DNA of 64,000 bases from Aureliella sp. Lineage in GTDB: Bacteria > Planctomycetota > Planctomycetia > Pirellulales > Pirellulaceae. The position numbers and the translations under genes are program-made. The stretch lies in NCBI GenBank assembly GCA_044234105.1, contig JBIIJD010000003.1, forward strand, positions 36,422 through 100,421. The letters run 5' to 3'. How positions within the stretch are numbered: the stretch's first letter is position 1; every line of letters starts with the position of its first letter. Shown in pieces: positions 49,218 through 58,883 of this stretch. The notes under the pieces are model-generated. The model ran no database searches. It was not told the origin of the DNA and saw only the letters and a list, made by a program, of their open reading frames with translations.

Positions 49218-49922
49218 CTAGGGGACATTGTTGGCATTTTTGGGGTCGGCAACCACAGGCGGGTTGTTTGGAGTAGGCAAGTTCTTAAGTTCGTAATTGC
49301 GTATCGGTCCACCACCGGCAAAGACCAGCGGACCGCCTTGTATCCGCCCCGACGATTCCAAGGTTCGATCCCAAGGAATCGCGTAAGCAGCAAAAAGCCC
49401 AGTAGTCACATCGGTTACGTAGACCATGGTGCCTGCTGGCCTCACTCCTGTGGACGCAGGTCGCCCGCCTACATAACCGGTGACCATTAAATATTTTGAG
49501 TTCTTTCCGGAATGGCCCAGTTGTGGTTTGACATTGGTGTAAAAATGAGCACCAAAGGCGCCGTTTCGCGGATAATAGACTAGGCACTGCAAGTCGCCCG
49601 TATTGAAGTCCAAAAAGAAGACGCCTTCGGCATCATCTGTGACCGGTCCCGTAGCCATCGCCATCGTATCGGATGTCGCAGAAGTCGACGCGGACAAAGG
49701 CGCTACAACGTCCAACCCGGCCCCATCTGATTGCTGTGTCCCCAACCAATAGCCGACCGCTACCGCAAGACCAAGCATGCTCGCCAAGCTCAATCCGCCC
49801 ACCGCCACACCAATTAGGAACGTCCTAGAGCTTGGACCGGAAGAAGTCAAAACCGCTGCAGGATCTGAGCATTCCATAACATCACCTCCACAACCATCGC
49901 CCGAAAACAAAGTTCTCCACAC
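49218..49922 (-). CDS. Membrane-anchored hypothetical protein
   Basis: 234-aa ORF with one TM helix (FLIGVAVGGLSLASMLGLAVAVGYW). It appears to be an operon partner of the esterase. Confidence 0.5.
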   Translation of the reverse strand: MWRTLFSGDGCGGDVMECSDPAAVLTSSGPSSRTFLIGVAVGGLSLASMLGLAVAVGYWLGTQQSDGAGLDVVAPLSASTSATSDTMAMATGPVTDDAEGVFFLDFNTGDLQCLVYYPRNGAFGAHFYTNVKPQLGHSGKNSKYLMVTGYVGGRPASTGVRPAGTMVYVTDVTTGLFAAYAIPWDRTLESSGRIQGGPLVFAGGGPIRNYELKNLPTPNNPPVVADPKNANNVP

Positions 49923-50086
49923 CCAAGTCTCCTGTATAGCAGTTTTCTATGCCGAAATCCAGGGTTCTGAACTATTTTGACTGGCGATTGCGACGGAAAT
50001 GACTATAGTTTTACGTTAAACGGCAATCAGGTGCAGGAGGTGACTGGCCAATCAAGTCTATTCTGTTTTAGGTTGTACGTGAACTG

Positions 50087-51607
50087 ATGATCTCGCTGAA
50101 TCCCTGGGAAGGAGCCTATTCGATTGTGAGGCGCGAGGAACTGAAGGCGTTTTTCGAGCATTCGCCGACAGCACGTTTGCTGCGATCTGATACCGCAGCG
50201 TATGTCATGGATTTCCTGCAGCATACCTTCAAATCTGGAGGTTCGATTTCCATAGGTCAATCCGAACTTCGCAGCCACTTGACCGGTTATCTGGAGGAGC
50301 TGCATGATTCTGAACCCGAAATATTAACTGGCCCTTCCGACCGATACGTCAGTCAGTGGGTCGATGCAGGCTGGTTGAAGCGGTTTATTGAAGCCGCCTC
50401 TACCGAGCCCCAGTATCAGCTTACCGCCCACGCCGAAGAGGCGATTCAGTACGTTGACGCTGCGCTGAGCAAGCGACAGAACATGGTGGGCACCGAAAGC
50501 CGCCTTCGACTAATCATCGATACGTTGGAGGACATCGTGCGCGGTGCCACGGCCGATCCGCAGCGACGCCTGGATTATCTGCTCGAACAACGCGCCCTGC
50601 TGGATAGTCAAATTGAAGCCATTCAGTCCGGACAAGCCATTCAAGTCTATCGCCCTGCTCAGATCCGCGAACGATTTCAGACGGCGATGAATCTTCTACG
50701 AGAGCTGCAAGCCGATTTTCGGGCCGTCGAAGAGCGTTTTCAAGTGATCGCCCGCGACGTGCATCAATTGCAGTCTGCTGGCAATCAATCGCGTGGAAAG
50801 ATTCTTGGTTTTGCACTCGATAGTGAAGATCTCCTAAAGCAGCAAGACGAAGGTATCAGCTTTTATGCTTTCGTGAGGTTCCTGTTATCTCCCGCTCAGC
50901 AATCGGCACTTCGTCAGTTCGTTGACGAAATCAGTGTTCTAGAAGCGCTCAAAGACCAACAAGACGCACTGGCTCGTCTGCGCAGAATGGTGCCTGGGCT
51001 GCTGGCAGAAGCAGACAAGGTCATGCGAACTACGGCCAAATTATCCACCACCTTGCGGCGATTGCTTGACGCGCGCGCGGCTGCTCATCGACAGCGACTG
51101 GCCACTGTCTTGAGAGACATTCGCACGGCGGCACTTCAGCTCAATCAACAGCCACCGACAGATCTTGTATTGGAAATTGATTCTGAAGCACACCTTACTT
51201 CCCCGCTAACCCGACCCTTCTGGACCGCCGAAGCCGAATTTGCAGAGTCGACTTTGTTGGAACATGTGTCCACGCCGGAGGATCTACTGCAATTGGCCGC
51301 TGCAATATCGAGAATGCATCGTTTGGACTTCCGAAAATTGCGAGGTCGAATTAGCGAACTGACTTTGACCCACCCCTGCACTTTACCTGTGCTGCTGGAT
51401 CATCATCCGGCCGGTAGCATCGTCGATGTGTTAGCCTATTTCCAGATCGCAGCCGACGACGGACACACGATCGATCCTGTTCAGATAGACCACGTTCGGC
51501 TGGCCAAAGCAACCAAAGATCAAGCTGCTGCAATGCTGCTGCAGATTCCCCGTGTCACGTTCTTGCCACGCGCGTCGCGCCAACCGGGTGGAGCTAAGCC
51601 ACGATGA
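50087..51607 (+). CDS. jetA: Wadjet JetA / MksF-like kleisin subunit (DUF3375-type)
   Basis: 506 aa. The N-terminus FEHSPTARLLRSDTAAYVMDFLQHTFK matches the family opening. It holds the first position of a jetA-jetB-jetC operon with a 4-nt overlap to jetB. Confidence 0.75.
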   Translation: MISLNPWEGAYSIVRREELKAFFEHSPTARLLRSDTAAYVMDFLQHTFKSGGSISIGQSELRSHLTGYLEELHDSEPEILTGPSDRYVSQWVDAGWLKRFIEAASTEPQYQLTAHAEEAIQYVDAALSKRQNMVGTESRLRLIIDTLEDIVRGATADPQRRLDYLLEQRALLDSQIEAIQSGQAIQVYRPAQIRERFQTAMNLLRELQADFRAVEERFQVIARDVHQLQSAGNQSRGKILGFALDSEDLLKQQDEGISFYAFVRFLLSPAQQSALRQFVDEISVLEALKDQQDALARLRRMVPGLLAEADKVMRTTAKLSTTLRRLLDARAAAHRQRLATVLRDIRTAALQLNQQPPTDLVLEIDSEAHLTSPLTRPFWTAEAEFAESTLLEHVSTPEDLLQLAAAISRMHRLDFRKLRGRISELTLTHPCTLPVLLDHHPAGSIVDVLAYFQIAADDGHTIDPVQIDHVRLAKATKDQAAAMLLQIPRVTFLPRASRQPGGAKPR

Positions 51608-52344
51608 ATCCTAATGAACTGAGCGGTAGACCAGTCTCGGAAACACGAATCGCTGCGCCCGCTGCATGGAGTCCAGTGGCCGTTCGTCTGTTGCAAGGCG
51701 TTTTGTATTTAAATGACGGCGCTGAGTTGTGGGAGACATTGCTGAGCAATCAGACACCGCTAAGCGATTACTTTGGCAAGTTGAGTCTGTCGCTGATTGT
51801 AGACGAAACAGATGGGATGGCTTACCTAAGGCAGTGGGATGAAGACGAACTTCCCGCCGACTACCCCGCAATTCCCAAGCTGTTCCGACGCACTCCGCTT
51901 AGCTACGAAGCCACGTTGCTATGCGTCTTGCTGCGTGACCAGTTGCGACAATTCGAGGAGCACGACGTACAGAACGACCGTTGCATTGTGACTCAGTCCG
52001 ATTTACTGTCGGTGTGGCAGTCATTTTTTCCAGACGAAGGCAACGAAGTGAAGGTCAATCGCGCGCTGTCGGCCAACCTGCGCAAGCTAGAGGATCTGAA
52101 GTTTGTCAGACAGTTCGAGAAAGAGCCGCCGAGTTGGGAAGTTCGTAGAATCATGAAGGCTCGCTTGCCTCTTTCGCAATTGGAAACGGTCATGCAAGCT
52201 CTGCTGGATGAAATAGCCCGACGAGCCAAGCACTCAACAGTTGCTAGCTCGGCTCTGTCAACCGATCAGCAAGGCACCTGTGACAATGGCGCTAGCGGCA
52301 TTCCATCGGATGACATTAACGCAAATGAGCTTGACCAAAGCTAG
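51604..52344 (+). CDS. jetB: Wadjet JetB / MksE-like subunit (DUF4194-type)
   Basis: 246 aa. VRLLQGVLYLNDGAELWETLLSNQTPLSDYFGKLSLSLIVDETDGMAYLRQ...IPKLFRRTPLSYEATLLCVLLR follows the DUF4194 pattern. Confidence 0.75.
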   Translation: MNPNELSGRPVSETRIAAPAAWSPVAVRLLQGVLYLNDGAELWETLLSNQTPLSDYFGKLSLSLIVDETDGMAYLRQWDEDELPADYPAIPKLFRRTPLSYEATLLCVLLRDQLRQFEEHDVQNDRCIVTQSDLLSVWQSFFPDEGNEVKVNRALSANLRKLEDLKFVRQFEKEPPSWEVRRIMKARLPLSQLETVMQALLDEIARRAKHSTVASSALSTDQQGTCDNGASGIPSDDINANELDQS

Positions 52345-52413
52345 CGCAGTGAATCTTCGTCAAAGTGAGGCATGGGCTAGCAGTCTTTGTGAGCGGCCCC
52401 AGGACCATACAAA

Positions 52414-55400
52414 GTGAAGACTATCGTGAACTCAGACGATAACCCGTTCTCAAGAACTGAAAACACTGGCGATGCACCTCCGCAGTCGACGAAATCCCAG
52501 TCTCAGTCAACTGACGACAGCAAGCCGTTCTCAGGTTATCGATTGAGCCGGCTCGAAGTTTTCAACTGGGGGATTTTTGACGGTTCGGTCTTTGTTTTGC
52601 CACTCAGCGGACAGACGACGCTTCTCGTGGGCGAGAATGGTTCTGGCAAATCCACACTTGTCGATGCGCTACTGACTTTGTTGGTTCGGCCTCAGGGTCG
52701 CAATTACAACGTGGCCGCTGGAGCTAACAAGAATGAAAGGGATGAGCGAAGCTACATTCGCGGTGCCCATGATCGAACGGTTGGACCCGACGGGCGGCCT
52801 CAAGTTCAGTACTTGCGGTCAGGCGTTGGTCAGTACTCTGTGCTACTAGCTACCTTCGAGAATGTTCGTCAACAATCCAGTTTCACGCTGTGTCAGGTGC
52901 TGTATTTGAACAGCGAATCAGGTGTGGAACGCATCTATGCCTACTGCGATGGTGCAAGAAGCATTGTCAGTGATTTGAGCCAGCTAACGTCGGGGGCCAC
53001 ACTAAATCGCCAACTGCGGGAGCGTGGATTCGAGACGACGACCAGCTACACACAGTACTTCCATTGGTGGCAACGCAAGCTGCATTTGCGATCCAAGGCC
53101 ATGGATATCTTCAATCAGACAGTGGCGGTCAAGGATGTACACAGGCTGGATATGTTCATTCGCCAGCACATGCTGGAACGGCAGCCTTGGAGCGATCGAG
53201 TCGCGAAGCTGCTGGCCCACTTTCATGAACTCAGCGAAGCTCACGCGATGCTGATCAAGGCTCGGCGACAGGAAGAACTGCTGCGGCCGGTCGTTGAAGC
53301 TGGCAGTCGTTATTTACAGCGGTCCACTGAATTACAGGCGGCACAAGAACAATTGGCCGCGATGCCGGTCTACTACGCTCGCGCTCGCAGTCAATTGCTG
53401 GAGCCCTGCTGCACACAGTGGCAGCAGCAAATCGCGTTCTGCTCCGACCAGATTCAAAGGCTGGATGTCAAACTGGAAAATCTTCGGACCGACATCGCTC
53501 GGCTGGAAGTCGAAATAGAAAGCTCTGGCGGTGATCGCTTAAAGCTGCTGCCGAGCCTCATTCAGCAGGAATTACAGTTAGCTGAAACCAAACGCGATTC
53601 ACGCAGGCGCTTCGAAGCAAATCTACACACCTCGGGCATTGCCATCGAGGTTACTTCGCCCGACCAGTTCCACAAAGTTCGGCGGCACCTGGCGACTCGA
53701 CAAGACGCACTGACCACCCAGCGAGACCGGCATCGTGGGCAAAGCAACGACCTTCAGTATCAAATCGGAAAACTGAAGTCGCAACAGGCCGATGAGCAGC
53801 AGGAACTTCGGTCTTTGGAATCCCGCCGAGGCAACCTGCCGCAAGCTCAGATCGATCTACGCGATGCTTTGTGTCGACAGTTGAAGCTGGCCTCAAGTGA
53901 TTTGCCGTTTGTCGCAGAACTGCTTGAGGTAAAAAGCCAGCATCGTGGATGGCAAGCTTCCATTGAGCAAGTTCTCCATGGATTCGCTCGCAGCCTGTTG
54001 GTGACCGAGCGGTTCTACGCTCGTGTTTCTGGCTACATCGATTCCACAGCCCTACGCGATCAACGCGGCCAAGGGCAGCGATTGGTCTACCTGCGAGTGG
54101 CCAATCGAGACGGCGATCAAGATGTGCATGATCCGATCGGACTTGCAGGTATGTTGGACTATCGACAGCATGATCTTATCGGATGGGTGAAGGCTGAACT
54201 GCTGCAGCGATTTGACTTTCGAGCCTGCGAGACGATTCAGGAGTTTCAAGCGGCGGATGCCAAGGCGATGACTCGCAATCGCCACATCCGCACTCACACG
54301 GCTAGGCATGAAAAAGACGACCGACAACTAGAGAACCAGCGCAAGCACTTTGTGTTAGGTTGGGACAACCGGGAGAAGCAGTCGCTTCTGCGCGAGTCAC
54401 TTCGAACTGTACTGGAATCGCTCGAACAGCTTGCCGTGCGTGACGCCACTTTGGTGTCTGCTATCGATCGCGACACCCGAGCCATCGAGGCGCTGCAGCA
54501 AGTGGCCAGCGTTACCGACTTTGATCAGATCGACGCTGATCGTCACGAATTTCAAGCTTCACAACTGCGACTAGAGAAGACAAAGCTGGAAGAATCCAAT
54601 GACGTGATTCGAGATTTTCGAACCAAAGTGGCTGGGCTGCGGGCCGAGGTTGTAGGATACCAGCAGGATCGTGATCAATTGCTCCAGCAGAAAACGCGAT
54701 TGGAGACTGAGCTAAGCCATGGCCAGCGATTGTTAATCAACTCGCAGCAATTGGTCACTCAGGCTCAACAGTCCGGCACCTGGGCGGTGGTGGAAAAGTG
54801 GTTTGAAGCTTTACAAGAACGATTTTCGACTCCGTTGTCTTTGGATAACATGGGACAACTGCCCGAGTCCATGGAAAGGCAACAAAGAGCAAAGGTGGAA
54901 ACATTCATCAGACGATTGGAGCCACTGCAGAAGGAAGTGACTCTGGGCATGACTCGATTCCTGCGCGGATTTCCCGAGGAGTATGCTGACTTGGATGCTG
55001 ACATCGCTTCCATTGTCAGCTTTACGGCTTTGTACGATCGCATCGCAGGTGACGATTTGCCAAGGCACGAAGAGCGATTCAAACAGCGGCTGAACGAAAA
55101 GGTTTTGCATGAGGTGGGACTGCTGCGTAGCAGTCTAGAAAACGATCGACAAGAGATTCGCGACAAGATTGAGCAGCTCAACGGTGCCCTTCGTCGCTTG
55201 GAATGGAAACCGGGAAGCTACATGAGCTTAGAAGCCACGGATGTAACCGATCGTGAGATCCAGGACTTTCATCGCGACCTGGCGGGCTGCCTAACCGGAA
55301 CGTTGGACGGAACAGCAGAAGCGAACGAGGCCACTTTCATACGGATTGAAAAGCTGGTGGGGCGACTGAGGGACGCTGGCAATGAGCGATGGCGTGACAA

Positions 55401-55839
55401 GGTAGTGGACGTTAGGAACTGGTTTAATTTTGCCGCTCGTGAGGTGGTTGCGGGAACGGGTCAGTCACGCAGCTACTACGATGGTGGTGCTGGTCAGTCA
55501 GGAGGCGAGAAAGGCAAACTTGCTTTTCTGGTGCTGGTAGCCGCCATCGCCTATCAATACGACTTGGATCCCGATGCAGACAATGACCAAAGATTTCACT
55601 TTGTCATGGTGGATGAAATGTTCTCTCGCAGCGACGACCAACACGCTGAATACGCTATGGAACTATTTGAGCAGTTTGGCCTTCAGTTGCTGATCGTCGC
55701 ACCCCTTGATGCCAAAGTGCGCGTCACCGAGCCGTATGTAGGCACCTATGTCCAGGTGATCAAAGACCGTCAAACCCATCGCAGTTCCATACTGACAATT
55801 ACCGCCGACAAGTTGCGTCAGGAGATCGATGTGCTGTGA
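52414..55839 (+). CDS. jetC: Wadjet JetC / MksB-like SMC-family ATPase
   Basis: 1141 aa with a GTG start. LSRLEVFNWGIFDG...LVGENGSGKSTLVDALLTLL (Walker A), a very long Q/E/R/L-rich coiled-coil-like middle, QSGGEKGKLAFLVLVAAIAYQY (signature) and FHFVMVDEMFSRSD (Walker B). Confidence 0.9.
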   Translation: MKTIVNSDDNPFSRTENTGDAPPQSTKSQSQSTDDSKPFSGYRLSRLEVFNWGIFDGSVFVLPLSGQTTLLVGENGSGKSTLVDALLTLLVRPQGRNYNVAAGANKNERDERSYIRGAHDRTVGPDGRPQVQYLRSGVGQYSVLLATFENVRQQSSFTLCQVLYLNSESGVERIYAYCDGARSIVSDLSQLTSGATLNRQLRERGFETTTSYTQYFHWWQRKLHLRSKAMDIFNQTVAVKDVHRLDMFIRQHMLERQPWSDRVAKLLAHFHELSEAHAMLIKARRQEELLRPVVEAGSRYLQRSTELQAAQEQLAAMPVYYARARSQLLEPCCTQWQQQIAFCSDQIQRLDVKLENLRTDIARLEVEIESSGGDRLKLLPSLIQQELQLAETKRDSRRRFEANLHTSGIAIEVTSPDQFHKVRRHLATRQDALTTQRDRHRGQSNDLQYQIGKLKSQQADEQQELRSLESRRGNLPQAQIDLRDALCRQLKLASSDLPFVAELLEVKSQHRGWQASIEQVLHGFARSLLVTERFYARVSGYIDSTALRDQRGQGQRLVYLRVANRDGDQDVHDPIGLAGMLDYRQHDLIGWVKAELLQRFDFRACETIQEFQAADAKAMTRNRHIRTHTARHEKDDRQLENQRKHFVLGWDNREKQSLLRESLRTVLESLEQLAVRDATLVSAIDRDTRAIEALQQVASVTDFDQIDADRHEFQASQLRLEKTKLEESNDVIRDFRTKVAGLRAEVVGYQQDRDQLLQQKTRLETELSHGQRLLINSQQLVTQAQQSGTWAVVEKWFEALQERFSTPLSLDNMGQLPESMERQQRAKVETFIRRLEPLQKEVTLGMTRFLRGFPEEYADLDADIASIVSFTALYDRIAGDDLPRHEERFKQRLNEKVLHEVGLLRSSLENDRQEIRDKIEQLNGALRRLEWKPGSYMSLEATDVTDREIQDFHRDLAGCLTGTLDGTAEANEATFIRIEKLVGRLRDAGNERWRDKVVDVRNWFNFAAREVVAGTGQSRSYYDGGAGQSGGEKGKLAFLVLVAAIAYQYDLDPDADNDQRFHFVMVDEMFSRSDDQHAEYAMELFEQFGLQLLIVAPLDAKVRVTEPYVGTYVQVIKDRQTHRSSILTITADKLRQEIDVL

Positions 55840-55922
55840 TCTCCCCAGATGAAATCCGCGCCAAGGTCAAGCGACTCTATCCTCGGGCGGTGAAAGCTTG
55901 GCTGCAAGCAGATAGCCAATGA
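55836..55922 (+). pseudogene. jetD: 5' stub of jetD (DUF3322-type N-terminus); the rest of the gene is absent
   Basis: GTGA overlap with the jetC stop. The translation VISPDEIRAKVKRLYPRAVKAWLQADSQ* resembles JetD N-termini. Only 164 nt separate the jetC stop from the recG 3' end, whereas a full jetD would need over 1 kb. Confidence 0.45.
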
Positions 55923-56003
55923 AGTCCAGGGGCAGGGTTACCGCATCCAGTGGGAATTGATCCATTCCAGAACTCAGGGTGCCAATCATTTCCCTGTTGC
56001 TAT

Positions 56004-58097
56004 CTATCCGACATCACCCAATTGCAACGACTTGCCGTAGCGTCGTAGAGTCTGACTGACCAGGCGGCTCAACTGGGCGTCGGCTAAATCGGGATCAGAC
56101 TGCAGGATTTCGCGCGATACCTCACGCGCCAACTCCATTAGCTCCACATCTTCTAATAAGTTGGCCATGCGCATCGCGGGCAGACCGGCTTGTGATACCC
56201 CCAATAAATCGCCCGGCCCACGCAACCGTAGGTCCATTTCCGCCAGTTCAAATCCATCGTTACAGTTGACAAAAGCCTGAAGGCGCTGATTGTCTTGAGG
56301 CTGACACTGCGCCGAAGCCACCGCACAAGCATAGCCCGTGTGGCCACCTCGGGCGATGCGACCGCGCAGTTGGTGAAGCTGAGCAAGTCCCAGGCGATCG
56401 GCGTCCAAAATGGTGATCACCGTGGCATTTGCAACGTCAATTCCTACTTCCACCACGGTGGTGGAAACCAGGACGTCAATTTGTCCTGATACAAATTGGT
56501 CCAGCACTCTTTCCTTGTCTTCGGGTGGAAGTCGCCCGTGCAAGAGCCCCAGAATACGGTGCTGAAACGGACCTTCGCTTAGCATCCGATAGGTGCCACT
56601 TGCGCTGGCGATCGTATCGTCGTCCGTTGACTCTGCTACACGCGGCGCAATCACGTAAGCCTGGCGTCCCTGTACTACTTGACGATCAACAAACTGCCAC
56701 CACGATTCCAACTGATCGTTAGTACATAGGTAAGTATGCTGCGAGGCACGTCCCGGCGGTTTGGTTCGAATAGTCGAGACATCTAAATCGCCAAATGCAG
56801 ACATGGCGATAGTGCGCGGAATAGGCGTAGCGCTGAGTATCAGATAGTGAGGTTGCAGACCGTCGCGTCTCATTCGAGCGCGCTGCATCACGCCAAACTT
56901 GTGCTGTTCGTCGACGATCACCAGACCAAGTCGCCTGAATTGCAATTTATCGGACAGCAGAGCTTGAGTGCCCACGACAAGATCCACTTGCCCATCAGCA
57001 ATTTGCCGCTCAAGCTGCGTCCTTTCCTTTCGCGCTAAACTGCCAGTCAGCAATCCCACTCGCACTCGGCTGTGTGCTAGGTTTCGCTGTAAATTGGTAG
57101 CGTGTTGCCTAGCCAATACCTCTGTGGGTGCCATCAATACCGCTTGGTGTTCGTTGGCTACACAGAGAAGCATGGCATACTGAGCCACAAGCGTCTTGCC
57201 GCTACCAACATCACCTTGTAGCAAGCGGTTCATAGGGACCGAGCGGGACATATCCTTGCCAATCTGGTCAATGGCGGTCACCTGGTCCGCAGTTAAGGTA
57301 TGCCCAAGACGATTGAGTATGCGGGAATGAATCTTTCCACTGGGCTCACAGACCGGAGCCTGCATTGTGCGTTCTCGCTGGTTACGCTGCATGGCCAGGG
57401 CTAGCTGCAGCACCAGTAACTCCTGAATCTTGAAGCGACGCTGGGCTGCAATTGCCTGCTGCATGGCGACAGGAAAATGTATATCCCGTAGCGCCTGCTG
57501 AATCCCGATCACTTCCAATCTCTGGCGAATCGACTCCGGCAAAACCTCGTCCACTTCAGCGATCATAGCCGGTAGCGACTGACGCATCACAGCTCGCAAA
57601 GCCGGTTGCTTAAGTCCTTCGGTAAGCGGGTAAATGGGAAGCGGTCGGTCCGCAATAAACTCGTCAGAACCCACCGGTGCCGTTTGAGGCTGAATCATTT
57701 CCCAGTTCAGAGCGGTAGTTTTAAGTAGACCAGTAGCCAAAATTCGGTCACCCACGTTGTACATTTTTTTGCGAAAGGGCTGATTAAACCACAACAGCCG
57801 CACACAGCCGCCGCCTTCGGGTTGCACCTGAACCCCCAAGATGTGTTTGCCGCTTTGAGTCACCTTTTCAGCCAGCTCAACGATTTCGCCAACAAAAGAG
57901 ATGCGGCGCTGATCGACAAACTGATCCGAAGTGGTCATCGGAGCGGGCTGTTCGTAGCTGCGAGGAAACAGAAACAACAGATCTGTGCCACGAGCGATCC
58001 CAAGTCGCCTCAGTTGCTGAGCGCGCTGGCTATCCACTCCCGGCAGTTGATCCACTGGAGTACTTAACTGCTTCGTGGCTCTTGGCGATGGACTCAT
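56004..58097 (-). CDS. recG: ATP-dependent DNA helicase RecG
   Basis: The wedge/OB N-terminus, GDVGSGKTLVA (motif I), VDEQHKFG (motif II) and LSATPIPRT. Confidence 0.95.
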   Translation of the reverse strand: MSPSPRATKQLSTPVDQLPGVDSQRAQQLRRLGIARGTDLLFLFPRSYEQPAPMTTSDQFVDQRRISFVGEIVELAEKVTQSGKHILGVQVQPEGGGCVRLLWFNQPFRKKMYNVGDRILATGLLKTTALNWEMIQPQTAPVGSDEFIADRPLPIYPLTEGLKQPALRAVMRQSLPAMIAEVDEVLPESIRQRLEVIGIQQALRDIHFPVAMQQAIAAQRRFKIQELLVLQLALAMQRNQRERTMQAPVCEPSGKIHSRILNRLGHTLTADQVTAIDQIGKDMSRSVPMNRLLQGDVGSGKTLVAQYAMLLCVANEHQAVLMAPTEVLARQHATNLQRNLAHSRVRVGLLTGSLARKERTQLERQIADGQVDLVVGTQALLSDKLQFRRLGLVIVDEQHKFGVMQRARMRRDGLQPHYLILSATPIPRTIAMSAFGDLDVSTIRTKPPGRASQHTYLCTNDQLESWWQFVDRQVVQGRQAYVIAPRVAESTDDDTIASASGTYRMLSEGPFQHRILGLLHGRLPPEDKERVLDQFVSGQIDVLVSTTVVEVGIDVANATVITILDADRLGLAQLHQLRGRIARGGHTGYACAVASAQCQPQDNQRLQAFVNCNDGFELAEMDLRLRGPGDLLGVSQAGLPAMRMANLLEDVELMELAREVSREILQSDPDLADAQLSRLVSQTLRRYGKSLQLGDVG

Positions 58098-58307
58098 CTT
58101 ATTCGAAGTCTACAAGTGATCGTTGTAAAAGCGGCTACCAAAGCGTCCGAAACACCACTTGTACTCGCCATGGCAGTCACGGGGCTTGCGCAACAGTCGT
58201 TCGGTCGCCAGCCTGCACTACGAATAATTGTCTACATCTATTGCCGGGAACTCAAGCACGCTAGAATCTTCTGCAACCCAAAACAGTTAAAACTGAAAGT
58301 TGTCTGC

Positions 58308-58781
58308 ATGAATAGTCCCACCGAGTTTCCCTTGCACATTGTGCTTTACCAGCCAGAAATTCCTCAAAATACCGGAAATATCGGTCGTACGTGCACAGCT
58401 CTGGGGGCTAAACTATGGATCGTCCAGCCAACCGGCTTTCGATTGGATTCGGCCCATCTGCGACGTGCTGGACTGGATTACTGGGATCACTTGCACTGGG
58501 AAAGCGTCACAAGCTGGCAAGAGCTTCAAGAGCGGCTGAGCGATGTTCCGATGTGGCTGATCACAAAATTCGGAAGTCAAACGCTCTATCAGGTCCAGTT
58601 TCAACTCGGCTGCGCCCTGGTCATTGGCCGAGAATCCAACGGTCTTCCTGAGTCGCTTCGCCAGCAGTATGCCGACCGCTGCGTCAGCATCCCAATGCCC
58701 GGTCCAGTGCGCAGTTTGAACCAAGCATCGGCCACAGCCATCGTGGCGTACCACGCAGCAAACCAAATCGGTCTGCTGTAA
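58308..58781 (+). CDS. trmL: tRNA (cytidine/uridine-2'-O)-methyltransferase TrmL (SpoU family)
   Basis: HIVLYQPEIPQNTGNIGRTCTALGAKLWIVQPTGFRLDSAHLRRAGLDYW. Start chosen at MNSPTEF (58308). Confidence 0.85.
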   Translation: MNSPTEFPLHIVLYQPEIPQNTGNIGRTCTALGAKLWIVQPTGFRLDSAHLRRAGLDYWDHLHWESVTSWQELQERLSDVPMWLITKFGSQTLYQVQFQLGCALVIGRESNGLPESLRQQYADRCVSIPMPGPVRSLNQASATAIVAYHAANQIGLL

Positions 58782-58813
58782 CAGTTCACACAATTTGTAG
58801 GGTGAGACAAGTT

Positions 58814-58879
58814 GTAGTGGATCTCGCCAGAGATCCTCATTCTCACGTTGAATACGGGAACTCTGGCGAGTTCCACTAC
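58814..58879. repeat. REPIN-like doublet (class 1, CGCCAGA-loop hairpins) between convergent trmL and batA-like genes
   Basis: GTAGTGGATCTCGCCAGAGATCCT at 58814..58837. The reverse complement of 58856..58879 is GTAGTGGAACTCGCCAGAGTTCCC. The spacer is 18 nt. Confidence 0.75.
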
Positions 58880-58883
58880 GTCC

